Source: Candidatus Rokuibacteriota bacterium (GTDB lineage Bacteria > Methylomirabilota > Methylomirabilia > Rokubacteriales > CSP1-6). Taken from it: a stretch of 64,000 nucleotides of DNA. Location of the stretch: assembly GCA_016184305.1 (NCBI GenBank), contig JACPCX010000176.1, forward strand, positions 1-64,000, written 5' to 3'. Positions within the stretch are counted from its first letter, which is position 1. Each line of letters begins with the position of its first letter. The translations under genes and the position numbers were made by a program. The notes under the pieces are model-generated. The model ran no database searches, had not been told where the DNA came from, and was given only the letters and a program-made list of their open reading frames with translations. Below are positions 1 to 12,411 of this stretch, piece after piece.

Positions 1-2
1 AC

Positions 3-854
3 AACATCGCCCACATCCGCGACGGGCGCTTCCTCTTCATCAAGCACGACGTGACCAACTACATCGTGGTGGACGGGCCGCTGGACTACGTGCTCCACGC
101 CGCGAGCCCGGCCTCGCCCATCGACTACCTCGAGCTGCCCATCCAGACCCTCAAGGTCGGGGCGCTGGGCACTCACAAGGCGCTCGGGCTGGCCAAGGCA
201 CGGCAGGCGAAATTCCTCCTGGCGTCCACCTCGGAGGTCTACGGGGACCCGCTCGTGCACCCGCAGCGCGAGGACTACTGGGGGAACGTGAACCCGGTGG
301 GACCGCGGGGCGTCTACGACGAGGCGAAGCGCTTCGCCGAGGCCATGACCATGGCCTACCACCGCTTCCACGGCGTGGACACGCGCATCGTGCGCATCTT
401 CAACACCTATGGACCCCGCATGCGGCTCACCGACGGCCGGGCCGTCCCCACCTTCATCCGCCAGGCGCTGCGGAACGAGCCCCTCACGGTGAACGGCGAC
501 GGCTCCCAGACCCGATCCTTCACCTACGTCTCGGACCTGGTGGACGGGATCTGGCGGCTCATGGGGGCGCCCGTCAACGAGCCGGTCAATATCGGCAACC
601 CGAGGGAGATGACGCTCCTCGAGCTGGCCAAGGCCATTGTCCGGCTGTCCGGCTCCCGGAGCGAGATCGTCTTCACGCCCCTGCCGGTGGACGACCCGAA
701 GGTGCGGCAGCCGGACATCACCAGGGCGCGGCAGCTCTTGGGCTGGGAGCCGACCGTCGCGGTGGAGGACGGGCTCCGGGAGACCATCGAGTGGTACCGC
801 CGCCCCGGGCGCCAGACGTTGAAGATACAGCCTGCGGCGGCTCCAACGGTTTGA
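3..854 (+). CDS. UDP-glucuronate decarboxylase-like NAD-dependent epimerase/dehydratase (5' end outside window)
   Basis: Frame open from base 3; [35 protein letters not shown] motifs. Confidence 0.9.
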   Translation, partial: NIAHIRDGRFLFIKHDVTNYIVVDGPLDYVLHAASPASPIDYLELPIQTLKVGALGTHKALGLAKARQAKFLLASTSEVYGDPLVHPQREDYWGNVNPVGPRGVYDEAKRFAEAMTMAYHRFHGVDTRIVRIFNTYGPRMRLTDGRAVPTFIRQALRNEPLTVNGDGSQTRSFTYVSDLVDGIWRLMGAPVNEPVNIGNPREMTLLELAKAIVRLSGSRSEIVFTPLPVDDPKVRQPDITRARQLLGWEPTVAVEDGLRETIEWYRRPGRQTLKIQPAAAPTV

Positions 855-1780
855 AGATCCTCGTCACGGGCGGCGCGGGGTTCATCGGCTCGCATGTGGT
901 GGATGCGTTCGTGCGGGCGGGGCACGCGGTGACGGTGTTGGACAATCTCGCCACCGGCAATCCGGCCTGGGTGAATCCCGGGGCGACCTTCCATCGTCTG
1001 GATCTCCGGAGCGCGCGCCTCGGCGATCTCTTCGAGGCCGAGCGCCCCGAGGTGGTCGCCCACCTGGCGGCCCAGGCGGCGGTGAGCCGCTCCGTCGCCG
1101 ATCCCATGTTCGACGCGAGCGTGAACATCCTCGGCGGCCTCAACCTGCTCGACAGCTGTCGCCGGTTCGGCGTCCGGCGCATCATCTACTCCTCCAGCGG
1201 GGGCGCGGGCTACGGGGACACCGAGGTGATCCCGACGCCCGAGGGCCACCCTCTCCTCCCCGCCTCGCCCTACGGGATCGCGAAGGTGGCCATGGAGCAT
1301 TACCTCGCCGCCTGGGGCAGCATCTACGGCATCAGCGGCCTCGCGCTCCGCTACGCCAATGTCTATGGGCCGCGCCAGAACCCCGTGGGCGAGGCGGGGG
1401 TCGTGGCGATCTTCAGCCACCGCTTCCTCACCGGACAGGCGCCGGTGATCAACGGCGACGGCGAGCAGACCCGCGACTACGTCTTCGTGGAAGACGTGGC
1501 GGACGCCAACCTGCGCGCGATCGAACACCCCGCGGTGACGGGCGCCGTCAACGTCGGCACGGGGCTCGAGACCTCCGTCAACGACCTCCATGCGCGGCTG
1601 GCGCGCGCGGCGGGCGTGACGGGCCCGCCCCCCCACGGCCCGGCGCGCCCCGGCGAGCAGCGCCGCAGCTGCCTCGATCCGGGCCGCGCCGCCCATGCGC
1701 TCGGCTGGCGGCCCACGGTGCCGCTGGACGAGGGCCTCGCTCGCACCTTCGAATTCTTCAAGAAGGAGTTTGGCCCATGA
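851..1780 (+). CDS. UDP-glucose 4-epimerase-like SDR
   Basis: TTG start overlapping upstream [28 protein letters not shown]. Confidence 0.9.
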   Translation: MKILVTGGAGFIGSHVVDAFVRAGHAVTVLDNLATGNPAWVNPGATFHRLDLRSARLGDLFEAERPEVVAHLAAQAAVSRSVADPMFDASVNILGGLNLLDSCRRFGVRRIIYSSSGGAGYGDTEVIPTPEGHPLLPASPYGIAKVAMEHYLAAWGSIYGISGLALRYANVYGPRQNPVGEAGVVAIFSHRFLTGQAPVINGDGEQTRDYVFVEDVADANLRAIEHPAVTGAVNVGTGLETSVNDLHARLARAAGVTGPPPHGPARPGEQRRSCLDPGRAAHALGWRPTVPLDEGLARTFEFFKKEFGP

Positions 1781-1947
1781 TCGACGAAGAGCTCCGCTCC
1801 ATCCTGGCGTGCCCGGCCTGCAAGGGCGACCTCCTCTTCGAGGAGACGCGGATCATCTGCCCGGCGTGCAAGAAGGCCTACCCCATCCGCGACGGCATCC
1901 CGGTGATGCTCATCGGCGAGGCGGAGCCCTGGACCCCGGCAGCGTAA
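1777..1947 (+). CDS. Trm112/YcaR-family small zinc-ribbon protein (56 aa; not in ORF track)
   Basis: Own translation [19 protein letters not shown]...[30 protein letters not shown] overlap. Confidence 0.9.
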   Translation: MIDEELRSILACPACKGDLLFEETRIICPACKKAYPIRDGIPVMLIGEAEPWTPAA

Positions 1948-3008
1948 CCGCCGTCATCCTGGCAGGGGGCCAGGGCACCCGGCTCCGTCCGCTCACGTAC
2001 CACCGGCCCAAGCCCATCGTCCCGATGCTCAACGTCCCCTTCGTCGCCTATCAGCTCGCCCTGCTGCGCCAGCACGGGATCCACGACGTGGTCCTCTCCT
2101 GCTCCTACATGGTGGAGGAGGTGCGCGCGGCGATGGGAGACGGGCAGCGCCACGGCGTGGCGCTGCGCTACGCCGTGGAAGTCGAGCCGCTGGGCACCGC
2201 CGGCGGCGTGCGCAACGCCGTGGACCTCGTGGGCGGGCTCGTGGTGGTCCTGAACGGCGATGTCCTCACCGACGCCGATCTCGGCGCGATGCTGCGCTTC
2301 CACGCGGACCGGCGCTCGGCGGCCACCATCTACCTCACGCGCGTGCCCGACCCCACGGCCTACGGCCTGGTGGATCTCGGCGAGGGGGGACGCGTCCGGC
2401 ACTTCATCGAGAAGCCGGACCCCACGCAGATCACCACGGACACGATCAATGCCGGGGCCTATCTCCTGGAGCGGCGGCTCCTGGACCGCATCCCCGAGGG
2501 GCGCATGGTGTCCGTCGAGCGGGAGTTCTTCCCGGGGCTCCTCGCCGACCGGATCCCGTTCTTCGGCTGGGTCGGCGACCACTACTGGCTCGACATCGGC
2601 AGCCCCGCCAAGTACCGGCAGGGTCAACTGGACCTCCTGGCCGGGCGCGTGGCCACCACCGTGATGCCGGCCGGCGCCCTGACAGACGGGAGCTTCGCGG
2701 CCGAGGGCATCGCCATGGACGCCGGGGCCCGTGTCGCGAGGCCCTCGGTGATCGGCGCGGGCAGCCGGCTCGGAGCAGGCTGCCGCGTGGGGCCCTGCGC
2801 GGTGCTCGGGCCGGAATGCGCGGTGGGGACAGGCGCCGCGGTGGAGGGCGCCATCGTGTGGGATCGCGTCGTCATCGGCGCCCACGCGGAGCTCCGCGAC
2901 TGCATCGTCGCCAGCGGGGCCCGGATCGGCGCCGGCGCGCATGTCGGCGCGGGCGTGGTCCTGGAAGCCGGGGCGGAGGTGCCGGCGCAGGCGCGCCTCG
3001 GCGTGTGA
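1929..3008 (+). CDS. NDP-sugar pyrophosphorylase (mannose-1-phosphate guanylyltransferase-like) with hexapeptide C-terminus; start uncertain
   Basis: [36 protein letters not shown]; no canonical start next to the N-terminal motif. Confidence 0.85.
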   Translation: MDPGSVTAVILAGGQGTRLRPLTYHRPKPIVPMLNVPFVAYQLALLRQHGIHDVVLSCSYMVEEVRAAMGDGQRHGVALRYAVEVEPLGTAGGVRNAVDLVGGLVVVLNGDVLTDADLGAMLRFHADRRSAATIYLTRVPDPTAYGLVDLGEGGRVRHFIEKPDPTQITTDTINAGAYLLERRLLDRIPEGRMVSVEREFFPGLLADRIPFFGWVGDHYWLDIGSPAKYRQGQLDLLAGRVATTVMPAGALTDGSFAAEGIAMDAGARVARPSVIGAGSRLGAGCRVGPCAVLGPECAVGTGAAVEGAIVWDRVVIGAHAELRDCIVASGARIGAGAHVGAGVVLEAGAEVPAQARLGV

Positions 3009-3052
3009 GCGCCGGCGCCCCCGGCGCGCGCCGGCGTGTTATCCTTCATCAG

Positions 3053-4842
<1,790 letters not shown>

Positions 4843-4843
<1 letters not shown>

Positions 4844-5520
4844 TGCCCATGCGCGACAGCGAGACCCGTTCCGAGGCGCAGGCGGCGGTCACCGAGAAGG
4901 CGGCCGCGCCGCGCCGCAAGTCCCTCGTCCGGGAGTACGGCGAGGCCATCATCGTCGCGGTGCTGCTGGCGCTCGTGATCCGCGCCTTCGTGGTGCAGGC
5001 GTTCACGATCCCGTCGGGATCCATGATGGACACCCTGCTGGTGGGTGACTACATCCTGGTCAACAAGTTCCTCTTCGGCCCCGAGATCCCCTTCACGGAC
5101 ACGCACCTGCCAGGGCTGCGCGCCCCGGCCCGTGGCGACATCATCGTCTTCAAGTACCCCAACGACGAGTCCCGGGACTTCATCAAGCGCATCGTGGCCG
5201 TGGGGGGGGAGACCGTGCAGGTCCTGGACAACCGGGCGTTCGTCAACGGCCAGCCCCTGGAGGAGCCGTACGTGCGGCCCGGATCCATCCCGGCCGCGCC
5301 CTCCGGGCATTGCGGCTATCTGTACAGCTGCGAGCCGACCGTGGTGCCCCCGGGCGCCTATTTCGTCATGGGGGACAACCGCGACAACTCCCAGGACAGC
5401 CGGTACTGGGGGTTCGTCAAGCGCGAGAAGATCCGCGGCAAGGCCTTCCTCATCTACTGGTCGTGGAACGGGGACAGGCATTGGTTGCGCTGGCGCCGAC
5501 TCGGGAACTGGCTCCCGTAG
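4843..5520 (+). CDS. lepB: Signal peptidase I
   Basis: IPSGSM, FIKR, GDNRDNSQDSRYWG; follows lepA. Confidence 0.97.
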
Positions 5521-5646
5521 CAGGCCGCTGAAAAAGGCCCATCTGCGGCGTTGGCGCCCTCGGCCGCACGCTCAACGTACAGAAAGTACGCCTCGCGTGC
5601 GGCCGTCGGGCGCCGCCTTGCATCTGGACCTTTTTGAGCGGCCTGC
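5520..5646. repeat. MITE/REP-like ~127-bp imperfect palindrome, family A copy 1
   Basis: 5' GCAGGCCGCTGAAAAAGGCCCATCTGC vs reverse complement of 3' end GCAGGCCGCTCAAAAAGGTCCAGATGC; central CGTAC-agaaa-GTACG. Confidence 0.9.
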
Positions 5647-5652
5647 GGGGGG

Positions 5653-5831
5653 TGAAAAAGGCCCATCTGCGGCGTTGGCGCGCCCGGCCGCACGCTCAAC
5701 GTGGCTCGCTCACGCTCGCCCGGATCTCCGGGTCCGCTCACCTCGCCTCCGGCTCGGCTCGCCAAGCGAAGTACGCCTCGCGTGCGGCCGTCGGGCGCCG
5801 CCTTGCATCTGGACCTTTTTGAGCGGCCTGC
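5653..5831. repeat. Family A copy 2 (5'-truncated, ~65-bp module in the loop)
   Basis: Arms nearly identical to copy 1; extra GGCTCGCTCACGCTCGCCCGG... segment. Confidence 0.9.
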
Positions 5832-5844
5832 GGGGTGTGTGCGC

Positions 5845-6952
5845 ATGCTAGAGGGGAGCGGTCCCGCCACGCTGTGGGCGCCGCGGGGTCCGGCGCTCGG
5901 GGTCTACGTCCACGTCCCGTTCTGCGTCAAGCGCTGCGGCTACTGCTCCTTCACCACCGCGGTGTACCTGGACGCCGCCGTGCCGCGCTATCTGGCGGCG
6001 CTCGCCCGCGAGATTGACCTGGCGGCCGGCGCTCCGGGGGCGGCTGCCGTATCCGTCTCCACGATCTTCTTCGGCGGGGGCACGCCCTCCCTCCTGACGC
6101 CCGCTCAGCTCGGCTCCGTCCTCCACCGTCTCCGGGCGCGGCTCGCCGTCGCGCCCGATGCGGAGATCACGGTCACGCATCAGCCTGGGAGTCCAGAGCC
6201 TCGACGACCGGGTCCTGGCCTCGCTCGACCGGGCGCATTCGGCATCCGGCGCCCTGGCCGCCTTCGAGGCGGCGCGACGGGCCGGCTTCGACAACGTCAG
6301 CGCGGACCTGATCTACGGGCTCCCTGGCCTCGACGTCGGCACCTGGGAGACAACCGTCCGAGGCCTGCTCGACTGGGGACCCGATCATCTCTCGGCCTAC
6401 GCGCTGGCGCTTGACGAGGGCAGCCGCTGGCACGCGACGGGGATCACCGGGCTTCCGGCCGAGGACACCGTCACCGAGCAGTACCGGGTCCTGGCACGGC
6501 GCGCCGCCGCGGCCGGCTTCGAGCACTACGAGATCTCCAACTACGCCCGCCCGGGACGACGCTCCGCGCACAACCAGATCTACTGGCGCGCCGAGGAGTA
6601 CCTCGCGCTGGGCCCGGGCGCCTGCGGCTTCCTGGGCGACATCCGCTACGGGAACGTCAAGGCCACCGAGCGCTACTGCGCCATGCTCGAGGCCGGCACG
6701 CTCCCCATCGCCACGCACGAGACGCTCACGGCACGCCAGCGTCTGGCCGAGCGGCTCCTCCTCGGCCTCCGGCTCTCGGACGGCGTTCCCGACGCCTGGC
6801 TCGCTGAGCGCGTGGCTCTCGAGCCCGGACGCCTTCCCGCGCTGCTCGACTCCTGGCGGGAGCGGAGCCTGCTGGTGAGCGGGGGCGGCCGCAGCCATCT
6901 CACCGAGGCTGGCTTCCTGCTGTCCGACGCGCTGTTCGTGGAGCTGCTGTAG
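5845..6952 (+). pseudogene. hemW: Radical-SAM heme chaperone HemW, frameshift/deletion at ~6175 (real or assembly error)
   Basis: YVHVPFCVKRCGYCSF and FFGGGTPS in one frame; RISLGVQS and HYEISNY in another; lepA-hemW-hrcA context. Confidence 0.85.
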
Positions 6953-6979
6953 GGAGTCGTGTAGGATACGAGTGGAGCC

Positions 6980-8029
6980 ATGATGGATTCGAGCCTCAAC
7001 GAGCGCCACCGCCAGGTCCTCCTGGCCGTGATCGCCGAGTATGTGGAGAGCGCCGAGCCCGTGGGGTCTCGCTCCATCGCGCGGCGGCACATGCGCGGCC
7101 TGTCCCCGGCCACGATCCGCAATGTGATGGCGGACCTGGAGGAGATGGGCTACCTCACCCATCCTCACCCCTCAGCCGGCCGGGTCCCCACCGACAAGGC
7201 CTATCGCTTCTATGTGGACGCGATGCGGCGCGTGCCCTGGGTGGGCGCCACGTCGTCCCCGGCGCGCGAAGAGCCGCCCGCGGGGCCGCCGAGCGGCGCC
7301 GAGCGGCTCATGGCCGAGACCCCGGCACAGCTGTCCATGGGCACGCACATGACGGGAATCCTCCTCGCCCCGCCGCTCAAGCAGACGGCGCTCGACCGCA
7401 TCGAAGTGTTGCGGCTGGGCGACGGCCGCGCGCTGGCGGTGGTCGTGACGGACACCGGCTGGGTCACGACCCGGGCGATCACGGTGGACTCCCCGCTGGT
7501 GCCGGACGAGCTGCGCGAGATCGGCCGCGCCCTGTCGCGCCGCTACCGCGGCAAGACCTTCCAGGAGATCGTGGACGACCTGACCGCGCCGGCCGACCCG
7601 CTGGATCCGCTCTGGACGCGCGGCCGCCCGATCCTCGACCAGATCGTCTCGCTCCTCCGCGCCCGCACGCTGTACATCAGCGGGGCCATCAACATGCTGG
7701 ATCACCCGGATCTGTCCGACGTGACCACCATGCGGGGGCTCCTCCGTGCCTTCGAGGAGAAGGCGCGTCTGATCGACCTCCTCTCCCGCCTGGCGCACGA
7801 GCGCGGGATCCAGGTTCTCATCGGTGGCGAGAACCCGGTGGAGGAGATGCGCGAGTGCAGTCTGATCACCTCCACCTACACCTACCGCGATCAGGTCCTC
7901 GGCGTGCTGGGCGTGCTCGGGCCGCGCCGCATGCCCTACTCGGACGTCATCTCGCTGGTGGACGAGACGGCCCGGCTCGTGTCGAGCTCGCTGTCGCGTG
8001 TCCGGCGCGAGCTGTACCTCCCGCTTTGA
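6980..8029 (+). CDS. hrcA: Heat-inducible transcription repressor
   Basis: EPVGS, SPATIRNVMADLEEMGYL, SAGRVPTDKAYR, GPRRMPY. Confidence 0.97.
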   Translation: MMDSSLNERHRQVLLAVIAEYVESAEPVGSRSIARRHMRGLSPATIRNVMADLEEMGYLTHPHPSAGRVPTDKAYRFYVDAMRRVPWVGATSSPAREEPPAGPPSGAERLMAETPAQLSMGTHMTGILLAPPLKQTALDRIEVLRLGDGRALAVVVTDTGWVTTRAITVDSPLVPDELREIGRALSRRYRGKTFQEIVDDLTAPADPLDPLWTRGRPILDQIVSLLRARTLYISGAINMLDHPDLSDVTTMRGLLRAFEEKARLIDLLSRLAHERGIQVLIGGENPVEEMRECSLITSTYTYRDQVLGVLGVLGPRRMPYSDVISLVDETARLVSSSLSRVRRELYLPL

Positions 8030-8075
8030 CGCTCGGGCCCGCCGGGGCGGCGGGCCCGCAGCCTCCGAAACGCTC

Positions 8076-8084
8076 TGCTATAAT
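8076..8084 (+). promoter_or_regulatory. Extended -10 promoter element upstream of grpE
   Basis: TGCTATAAT, 11 nt before the ATG. Confidence 0.65.
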
Positions 8085-8095
8085 CAGGGCTTGTC

Positions 8096-8677
8096 ATGAG
8101 CGAACACGAGACCGATCCTGACGACGCGCTCCTCCCCCGCGATCTCCCCACCGATGCCGCGGCCGATCCCGAGACCGAGCTCCGCCAGCTCCGCGAGGCG
8201 CTTGAGGCCAAGACGCGGGAGGCGGAGGTCAACTGGGAGCGCTACGTCCGCACGGTGGCCGAGTACGACAACGCGCGGAAGCGCGCCGCGCGGGATCGCG
8301 AGGAGTACGTCCGCACGGCCAACGAGGCCTTGCTCCGCGAGCTCCTCCCCGTCCTCGACAACTTCGAGCGGGCGCTCCAGGCCGCCAGAGGCGACGCGGG
8401 GGCGGCGGCGGTGACGGCCGGCGTCGAGCTGATCCAGCGCGAGATCCTGCGGGTGCTGGAGAAGTCCGGCGTCACGCCCTTCTCGTCCCTCGGCGCTCTC
8501 TTCGATCCCGAGCGCCACGATGCCATCGCCCGTGTCCCGGCCTCGGGTGAGCCGGAGATGACGGTGGTCGGCGAGACGGCGCGCGGCTACCTGCTGCACG
8601 GCCGCGTGCTCCGCCCGGCCCTGGTGATGGTGGCCATGGCGCCCGAGCCCGACGCTCCGGTCGGCGACAGCTCCTAA
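8096..8677 (+). CDS. grpE: Nucleotide exchange factor GrpE
   Basis: AEYDNARKR, LLPVLDNFERAL, FDPERHDA, GYLLHGRVLRPA. Confidence 0.96.
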   Translation: MSEHETDPDDALLPRDLPTDAAADPETELRQLREALEAKTREAEVNWERYVRTVAEYDNARKRAARDREEYVRTANEALLRELLPVLDNFERALQAARGDAGAAAVTAGVELIQREILRVLEKSGVTPFSSLGALFDPERHDAIARVPASGEPEMTVVGETARGYLLHGRVLRPALVMVAMAPEPDAPVGDSS

Positions 8678-8680
8678 TCG

Positions 8681-9784
8681 GTGGCCGCCAAGAACTTCTA
8701 CGGCGTCCTGGGCGTCTCCCGGCAGGCCGACGACGCCGAGCTGAAGAAGGCCTACCGCAAGCTCGCGCGGATGTACCACCCCGACAAGAACCCCGGCGAC
8801 CAGGCCTCCGAGGAGCGCTTCAAGGAGATCAGCGAGGCCTACGCCGTCCTCTCGGACCCGGACAAGCGCGCCCAGTACGATCGCTTCGGGACCGTCTCCG
8901 GAGCCGCCAGCGCGAGCGGCCAGGCCGACACGGGCTTCGGCAGCATCTTCGAGGACCTCTTCGAAGGCTTCTTCGGCCAGGCGGAGCGCGGCCGCCGCAC
9001 GCGGGCGCGACGCGGCGAGCACCTGCGCTACGACCTCGAGATCTCGCTGGAGGAGGCCGCCGAGGGGCTGGAGAGCAAGCTCCAGATCCCGCGGCACGAG
9101 ACCTGCGAGACGTGTCGGGGCTCGGGCCAGCAGGCCGGGACGTCGCCCGAGGTCTGCGGCGCATGCCGCGGCCAGGGGCAGGTGCGCTTCTCCCAGGGCT
9201 TCCTCACGGTGGCCCGCCCGTGTCCCCAGTGCGGCGGCGAGGGGCGCATCAACCGATCGCCCTGCCGGGAGTGCCAGGGCCAGGGCCGGCAGCGCAAGGA
9301 GCGACTGCTCAAGATCACGATCCCCGCCGGGGTCGAGGACGGCAACCAGCTGCGGCTGTCCGGGGAGGGCGAGGGCGGGCTCTTCGGCGGGCCCCCCGGG
9401 GACCTGTTCGTGGTGCTCCACGTGAAGCCCCACGAGATCTTCGTCCGGCACGGCGCCGATCTCCTCTGCGAGCTGCCGCTCAGCTTCCCGCAGGCCGCGC
9501 TCGGCGACCAGGTGGAGGTGCCGGTGCTCGGCGGCAAGGCCACGCTCACCGTGCCCCCGGGCACACAGCCCGGCCAGCAGGTGCACCTCAAGAGCAAGGG
9601 CATGCCGCACCTGCGCGGGCGCGGGCGCGGGGACGCGGTGTACCAGGTCGTGATCGAGGTCCCCACGCGCCTCTCGGCCCGGCAGCGGGAGCTCCTCGAG
9701 GAGCTCAAGCAGGCCTCGCAGACCGAGTCGGGACCGCTCCTGTCGTCCTTCGTCGAACGGATGAAGAAGCTCTTCGGCTCCTGA
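8681..9784 (+). CDS. dnaJ: Chaperone DnaJ (class A)
   Basis: J-domain with HPD; four CxxCxGxG repeats. Confidence 0.96.
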   Translation: MAAKNFYGVLGVSRQADDAELKKAYRKLARMYHPDKNPGDQASEERFKEISEAYAVLSDPDKRAQYDRFGTVSGAASASGQADTGFGSIFEDLFEGFFGQAERGRRTRARRGEHLRYDLEISLEEAAEGLESKLQIPRHETCETCRGSGQQAGTSPEVCGACRGQGQVRFSQGFLTVARPCPQCGGEGRINRSPCRECQGQGRQRKERLLKITIPAGVEDGNQLRLSGEGEGGLFGGPPGDLFVVLHVKPHEIFVRHGADLLCELPLSFPQAALGDQVEVPVLGGKATLTVPPGTQPGQQVHLKSKGMPHLRGRGRGDAVYQVVIEVPTRLSARQRELLEELKQASQTESGPLLSSFVERMKKLFGS

Positions 9785-9811
9785 TGTCGTTCTGGGAGCC
9801 CTGAGTCCCCG

Positions 9812-10561
9812 GTGCCGAGGTTCTACCTTCGCGCCGAGGCGGTGAGCGGGCCGCGCGTCACCTTCGACGCGCAGGAGACGCGTCACCTGGCCCGTGTCCT
9901 CCGCCTCCGGCCGGGCGATGTGGTCCACGCCGTGGACGGCCAGGGGCAGGAGCTCACCGTGAGGCTCACGCAGGTGAGCACGCGGTCGGCCGAGGGCCTG
10001 ATCCTGGGCCGGAAGGCGGGCCGAACCGAGTCGCCGCTGCTCCTCACCCTCGTCCAGGGCCTCCCCAAGGGAGACAAGATGGAGGCGATCATCCGCATGG
10101 CCACGGAGCTGGGCGTGGCGCGCGTGGTGCCCGTCATCACGGAGCGTACCGTGGTGCGGGCGGACGCGACGCGCGGGGCGGGGCGGCTCCTCCGCTGGCA
10201 GCGTGTCGCAAGGGAAGCGGCCAAGCAATGCGGCCGCACCGTGATTCCGGAGGTGACTGCGTCGCGCGCCCTCGCCGAGTGGCTGGGCGACGGAAGCCCG
10301 GAGGGACTTCTGCTCTGCCTCTGGGAAGACGAGCGCGCATGCCTCGCGGACCGGCTTCCGCCCGCGCCCGTCGCCGCGGCCACGCTCGTGGTGGGGCCCG
10401 AGGGCGGGCTGGCCGCCGACGAGGTCGAGCGCCTCGCAGAGGCGGGCGCGGTGGTGGCCAGCCTCGGTCCCCGGTTGCTCAGGACCGAGACGGCCGGGCC
10501 CGTTGGGCTGGCGCTGCTCCAGGCGCGTTACGGCGACCTCGTCGCCGCTCCCCGGGGGTGA
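9812..10561 (+). CDS. rsmE: 16S rRNA m3U1498 methyltransferase
   Basis: HLARVLR, ATELGV, EAAKQCGR, GPEGG, LRTETA. Confidence 0.95.
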   Translation: MPRFYLRAEAVSGPRVTFDAQETRHLARVLRLRPGDVVHAVDGQGQELTVRLTQVSTRSAEGLILGRKAGRTESPLLLTLVQGLPKGDKMEAIIRMATELGVARVVPVITERTVVRADATRGAGRLLRWQRVAREAAKQCGRTVIPEVTASRALAEWLGDGSPEGLLLCLWEDERACLADRLPPAPVAAATLVVGPEGGLAADEVERLAEAGAVVASLGPRLLRTETAGPVGLALLQARYGDLVAAPRG

Positions 10562-10603
10562 CCGGCTCCCCGGCGACAGCGCCATCTGACCCCTAAGACC
10601 TGC

Positions 10604-10621
10604 TGTCACGGAAATGAGACA
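10604..10621. promoter_or_regulatory. Putative enhancer-binding-protein site (palindrome)
   Basis: TGTCACGGAAATGAGACA (TGTC-N10-GACA) ~110 bp upstream of a sigma-54 motif. Confidence 0.5.
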
Positions 10622-10729
10622 CGTGGGACTGAGTTGCGTGTCTTGGATACCACAGGGAGCCCCCAGAGGGGAACGCCGCAGGCCTCGCCTTGCCAATGAC
10701 ATCAGGCCTTTCCGCCACATGACGCCCCG

Positions 10730-10745
10730 TGGCAGCGTGATTGCA
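10730..10745 (+). promoter_or_regulatory. Putative sigma-54 (-24/-12) promoter of lpxC
   Basis: TGGCAGCGTGATTGCA with exact GG-N10-GC spacing. Confidence 0.7.
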
Positions 10746-10762
10746 AGCCTGGGCTCCGGGTC

Positions 10763-11692
10763 ATGGAATCGCAGCGAACGATCCGGAGGAAAGTCAGCAT
10801 AGAGGGCGTCGGGCTCCACACCGGCGAGCCGGTCACCCTCACCCTCTCTCCCGCAGCCTCCGACACCGGCATCCTCTTCCGCGCGGCCGACGGCACGCTG
10901 ATCCCGGCGAACACCGACCACGTGGTGAACTCCCACTTTGCCACGACCATCGGCGCCTTCGGCGTGAGAGTGCGGACCGTCGAGCACCTGATGGCGGCCG
11001 CCCACGGCCTGGGGATCGACAACCTGCTGGTCGACGTGAGCGCCGGCGAGCTCCCCGCCATGGACGGCAGCGCCAAGGGCTTCGTGGAGATGCTCGAGCG
11101 GGCCGGGCGGGTATCGTTGCCCGCGCCGCGCAAGGCCCTCATGATCGGCGAGCCAATCCGCGTCGAGGACGGGGATCGGTTCATCCAGGTGGTCCCCTCG
11201 GACACCTTCCGCATCAGCTACACGCTCGACCACGATCACCCGGTCATCGGGCTCCAGGTCGCGTCGCTGGAGATCACGGAGACCACCTTCGTGGACGAGG
11301 TGGCTCCGGCCCGCACCTACGGGTTCCTGCGTGACGTGGGGGCGATGCGGCGGAACGGCCTCGCCCGCGGCGGCTCCCTCGACAACGCGATCGTGGTGGG
11401 CAAGCGCTCGGTGCTCAACGACAGCCTCCGCTTCGCGGACGAGTTCGTGCGCCACAAGATCCTGGACCTCGTGGGCGATCTCTTCCTCCTCGGCCGTCCC
11501 CTGGTGGGTCACGTGGTGGCGCGAAACGCCGGGCATGCGCTGAACTACCAGATCCTCGTGGCCATCCAGAAGGCCATGACAGCGGACCGGCGCAGGGCCC
11601 GGATGCGGGCCGTGACTCCGCTCGCGCTTACCGCGATGGCGCCAGCCTTCGAGAGCGCCTGCCCCGTCGCTCCCGGCACCGCCGCCCGCTAG
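10763..11692 (+). CDS. lpxC: UDP-3-O-acyl-GlcNAc deacetylase
   Basis: QRTI, GVGLHTG, TVEHLMAA, DGSA, ARTYGF, RHKILDLVGDL. Confidence 0.97.
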   Translation: MESQRTIRRKVSIEGVGLHTGEPVTLTLSPAASDTGILFRAADGTLIPANTDHVVNSHFATTIGAFGVRVRTVEHLMAAAHGLGIDNLLVDVSAGELPAMDGSAKGFVEMLERAGRVSLPAPRKALMIGEPIRVEDGDRFIQVVPSDTFRISYTLDHDHPVIGLQVASLEITETTFVDEVAPARTYGFLRDVGAMRRNGLARGGSLDNAIVVGKRSVLNDSLRFADEFVRHKILDLVGDLFLLGRPLVGHVVARNAGHALNYQILVAIQKAMTADRRRARMRAVTPLALTAMAPAFESACPVAPGTAAR

Positions 11693-11811
11693 CCGACCCT
11701 CCCGACCCCCCGCCCGGCCGGCGCGACTTCCTCCGCCTGCCCGGAAGCCGGACGCTATAATGGGGCGTGTGTTTCCGGGCTCGAGCGTCCACCACCTGCG
11801 GGGGCCCAGAG

Positions 11812-12411
11812 ATGGCGCCCGCACTTCCCCTCCCCGCGCGGCAGCTGCTGATCGGGCCGATCACGGCCGTTCTCGTGGTGGCATGCCTGCTGACCCTGCC
11901 GGCAGCGGCCGACGCCGAGATCAGGATCAGCAACCTGTCCGTTTTCCTGAACGACCTCGACGTCACGGTCCAGGTGGTGCTCCTCGGGGCCATTCCGCCG
12001 TCCCTGCACGAGAGCCTGCACAGCGGCGTCGCCACTCACGTGCGCTTCCACGTCGAGCTCTGGCAGTACAGCCGGTTCTGGGTGGAGCGGCGGGTCCAGG
12101 TCCGCGTCGTGGAGCGGCAGCTCACCTACAACGTGCTGACCAAGGAGTACAAGGTCGCGTCGCTTGGCGGGGAGCCGCGGGAGGCCTATCTGACCAAGAA
12201 CCTGCGTGAGGCGCAGCGGGTGGCCTCCGACCTGAGGGTCGCGCGGCTGGCGCCGGTCTCTTCCCTGGACGCCCAGGAGCTTTATTACGTGCGCGTGCGG
12301 GCGGACGTGTCCCTGGGCGGCGTCAACTCGTGGGTGGCGCGCATCGCAGGGGACGCCGCCGAGACCCCGTGGGTGCAGTCGAGCCTGCTCACCATGAACC
12401 GGAGCCAGTAA
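11812..12411 (+). CDS. DUF4390-like exported protein (alternative GTG start 11767)
   Basis: Signal-peptide-like N-terminus; LTYNVLTKEY; position directly before an NtrY-like kinase. Confidence 0.7.
   Translation: MAPALPLPARQLLIGPITAVLVVACLLTLPAAADAEIRISNLSVFLNDLDVTVQVVLLGAIPPSLHESLHSGVATHVRFHVELWQYSRFWVERRVQVRVVERQLTYNVLTKEYKVASLGGEPREAYLTKNLREAQRVASDLRVARLAPVSSLDAQELYYVRVRADVSLGGVNSWVARIAGDAAETPWVQSSLLTMNRSQ

Noticed and set aside
5520..5646. Family A hairpin as a tRNA, riboswitch or intrinsic terminator
   Set aside because: No cloverleaf; it occurs in both orientations beside unrelated genes, and its T-runs are part of the inverted ends.
5634..5822. Repeated peptides such as LKKAHLRRW and WLAHARPDLR in several ORF-track entries
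   Set aside because: These are translations of the family A DNA repeat, not a protein family.
8035..8057. GC hairpin between hrcA and grpE as CIRCE or terminator
   Set aside because: Does not match TTAGCACTC-N9-GAGTGCTAA and lacks a U-tract.
8084..11824. Very long antisense ORFs (1246 aa here, 1308 aa at 22820-26746, 811 aa at 12285-14720, and others)
   Set aside because: Shadow frames of GC-rich genes; no motifs, and they fully overlap well-supported genes on the other strand.
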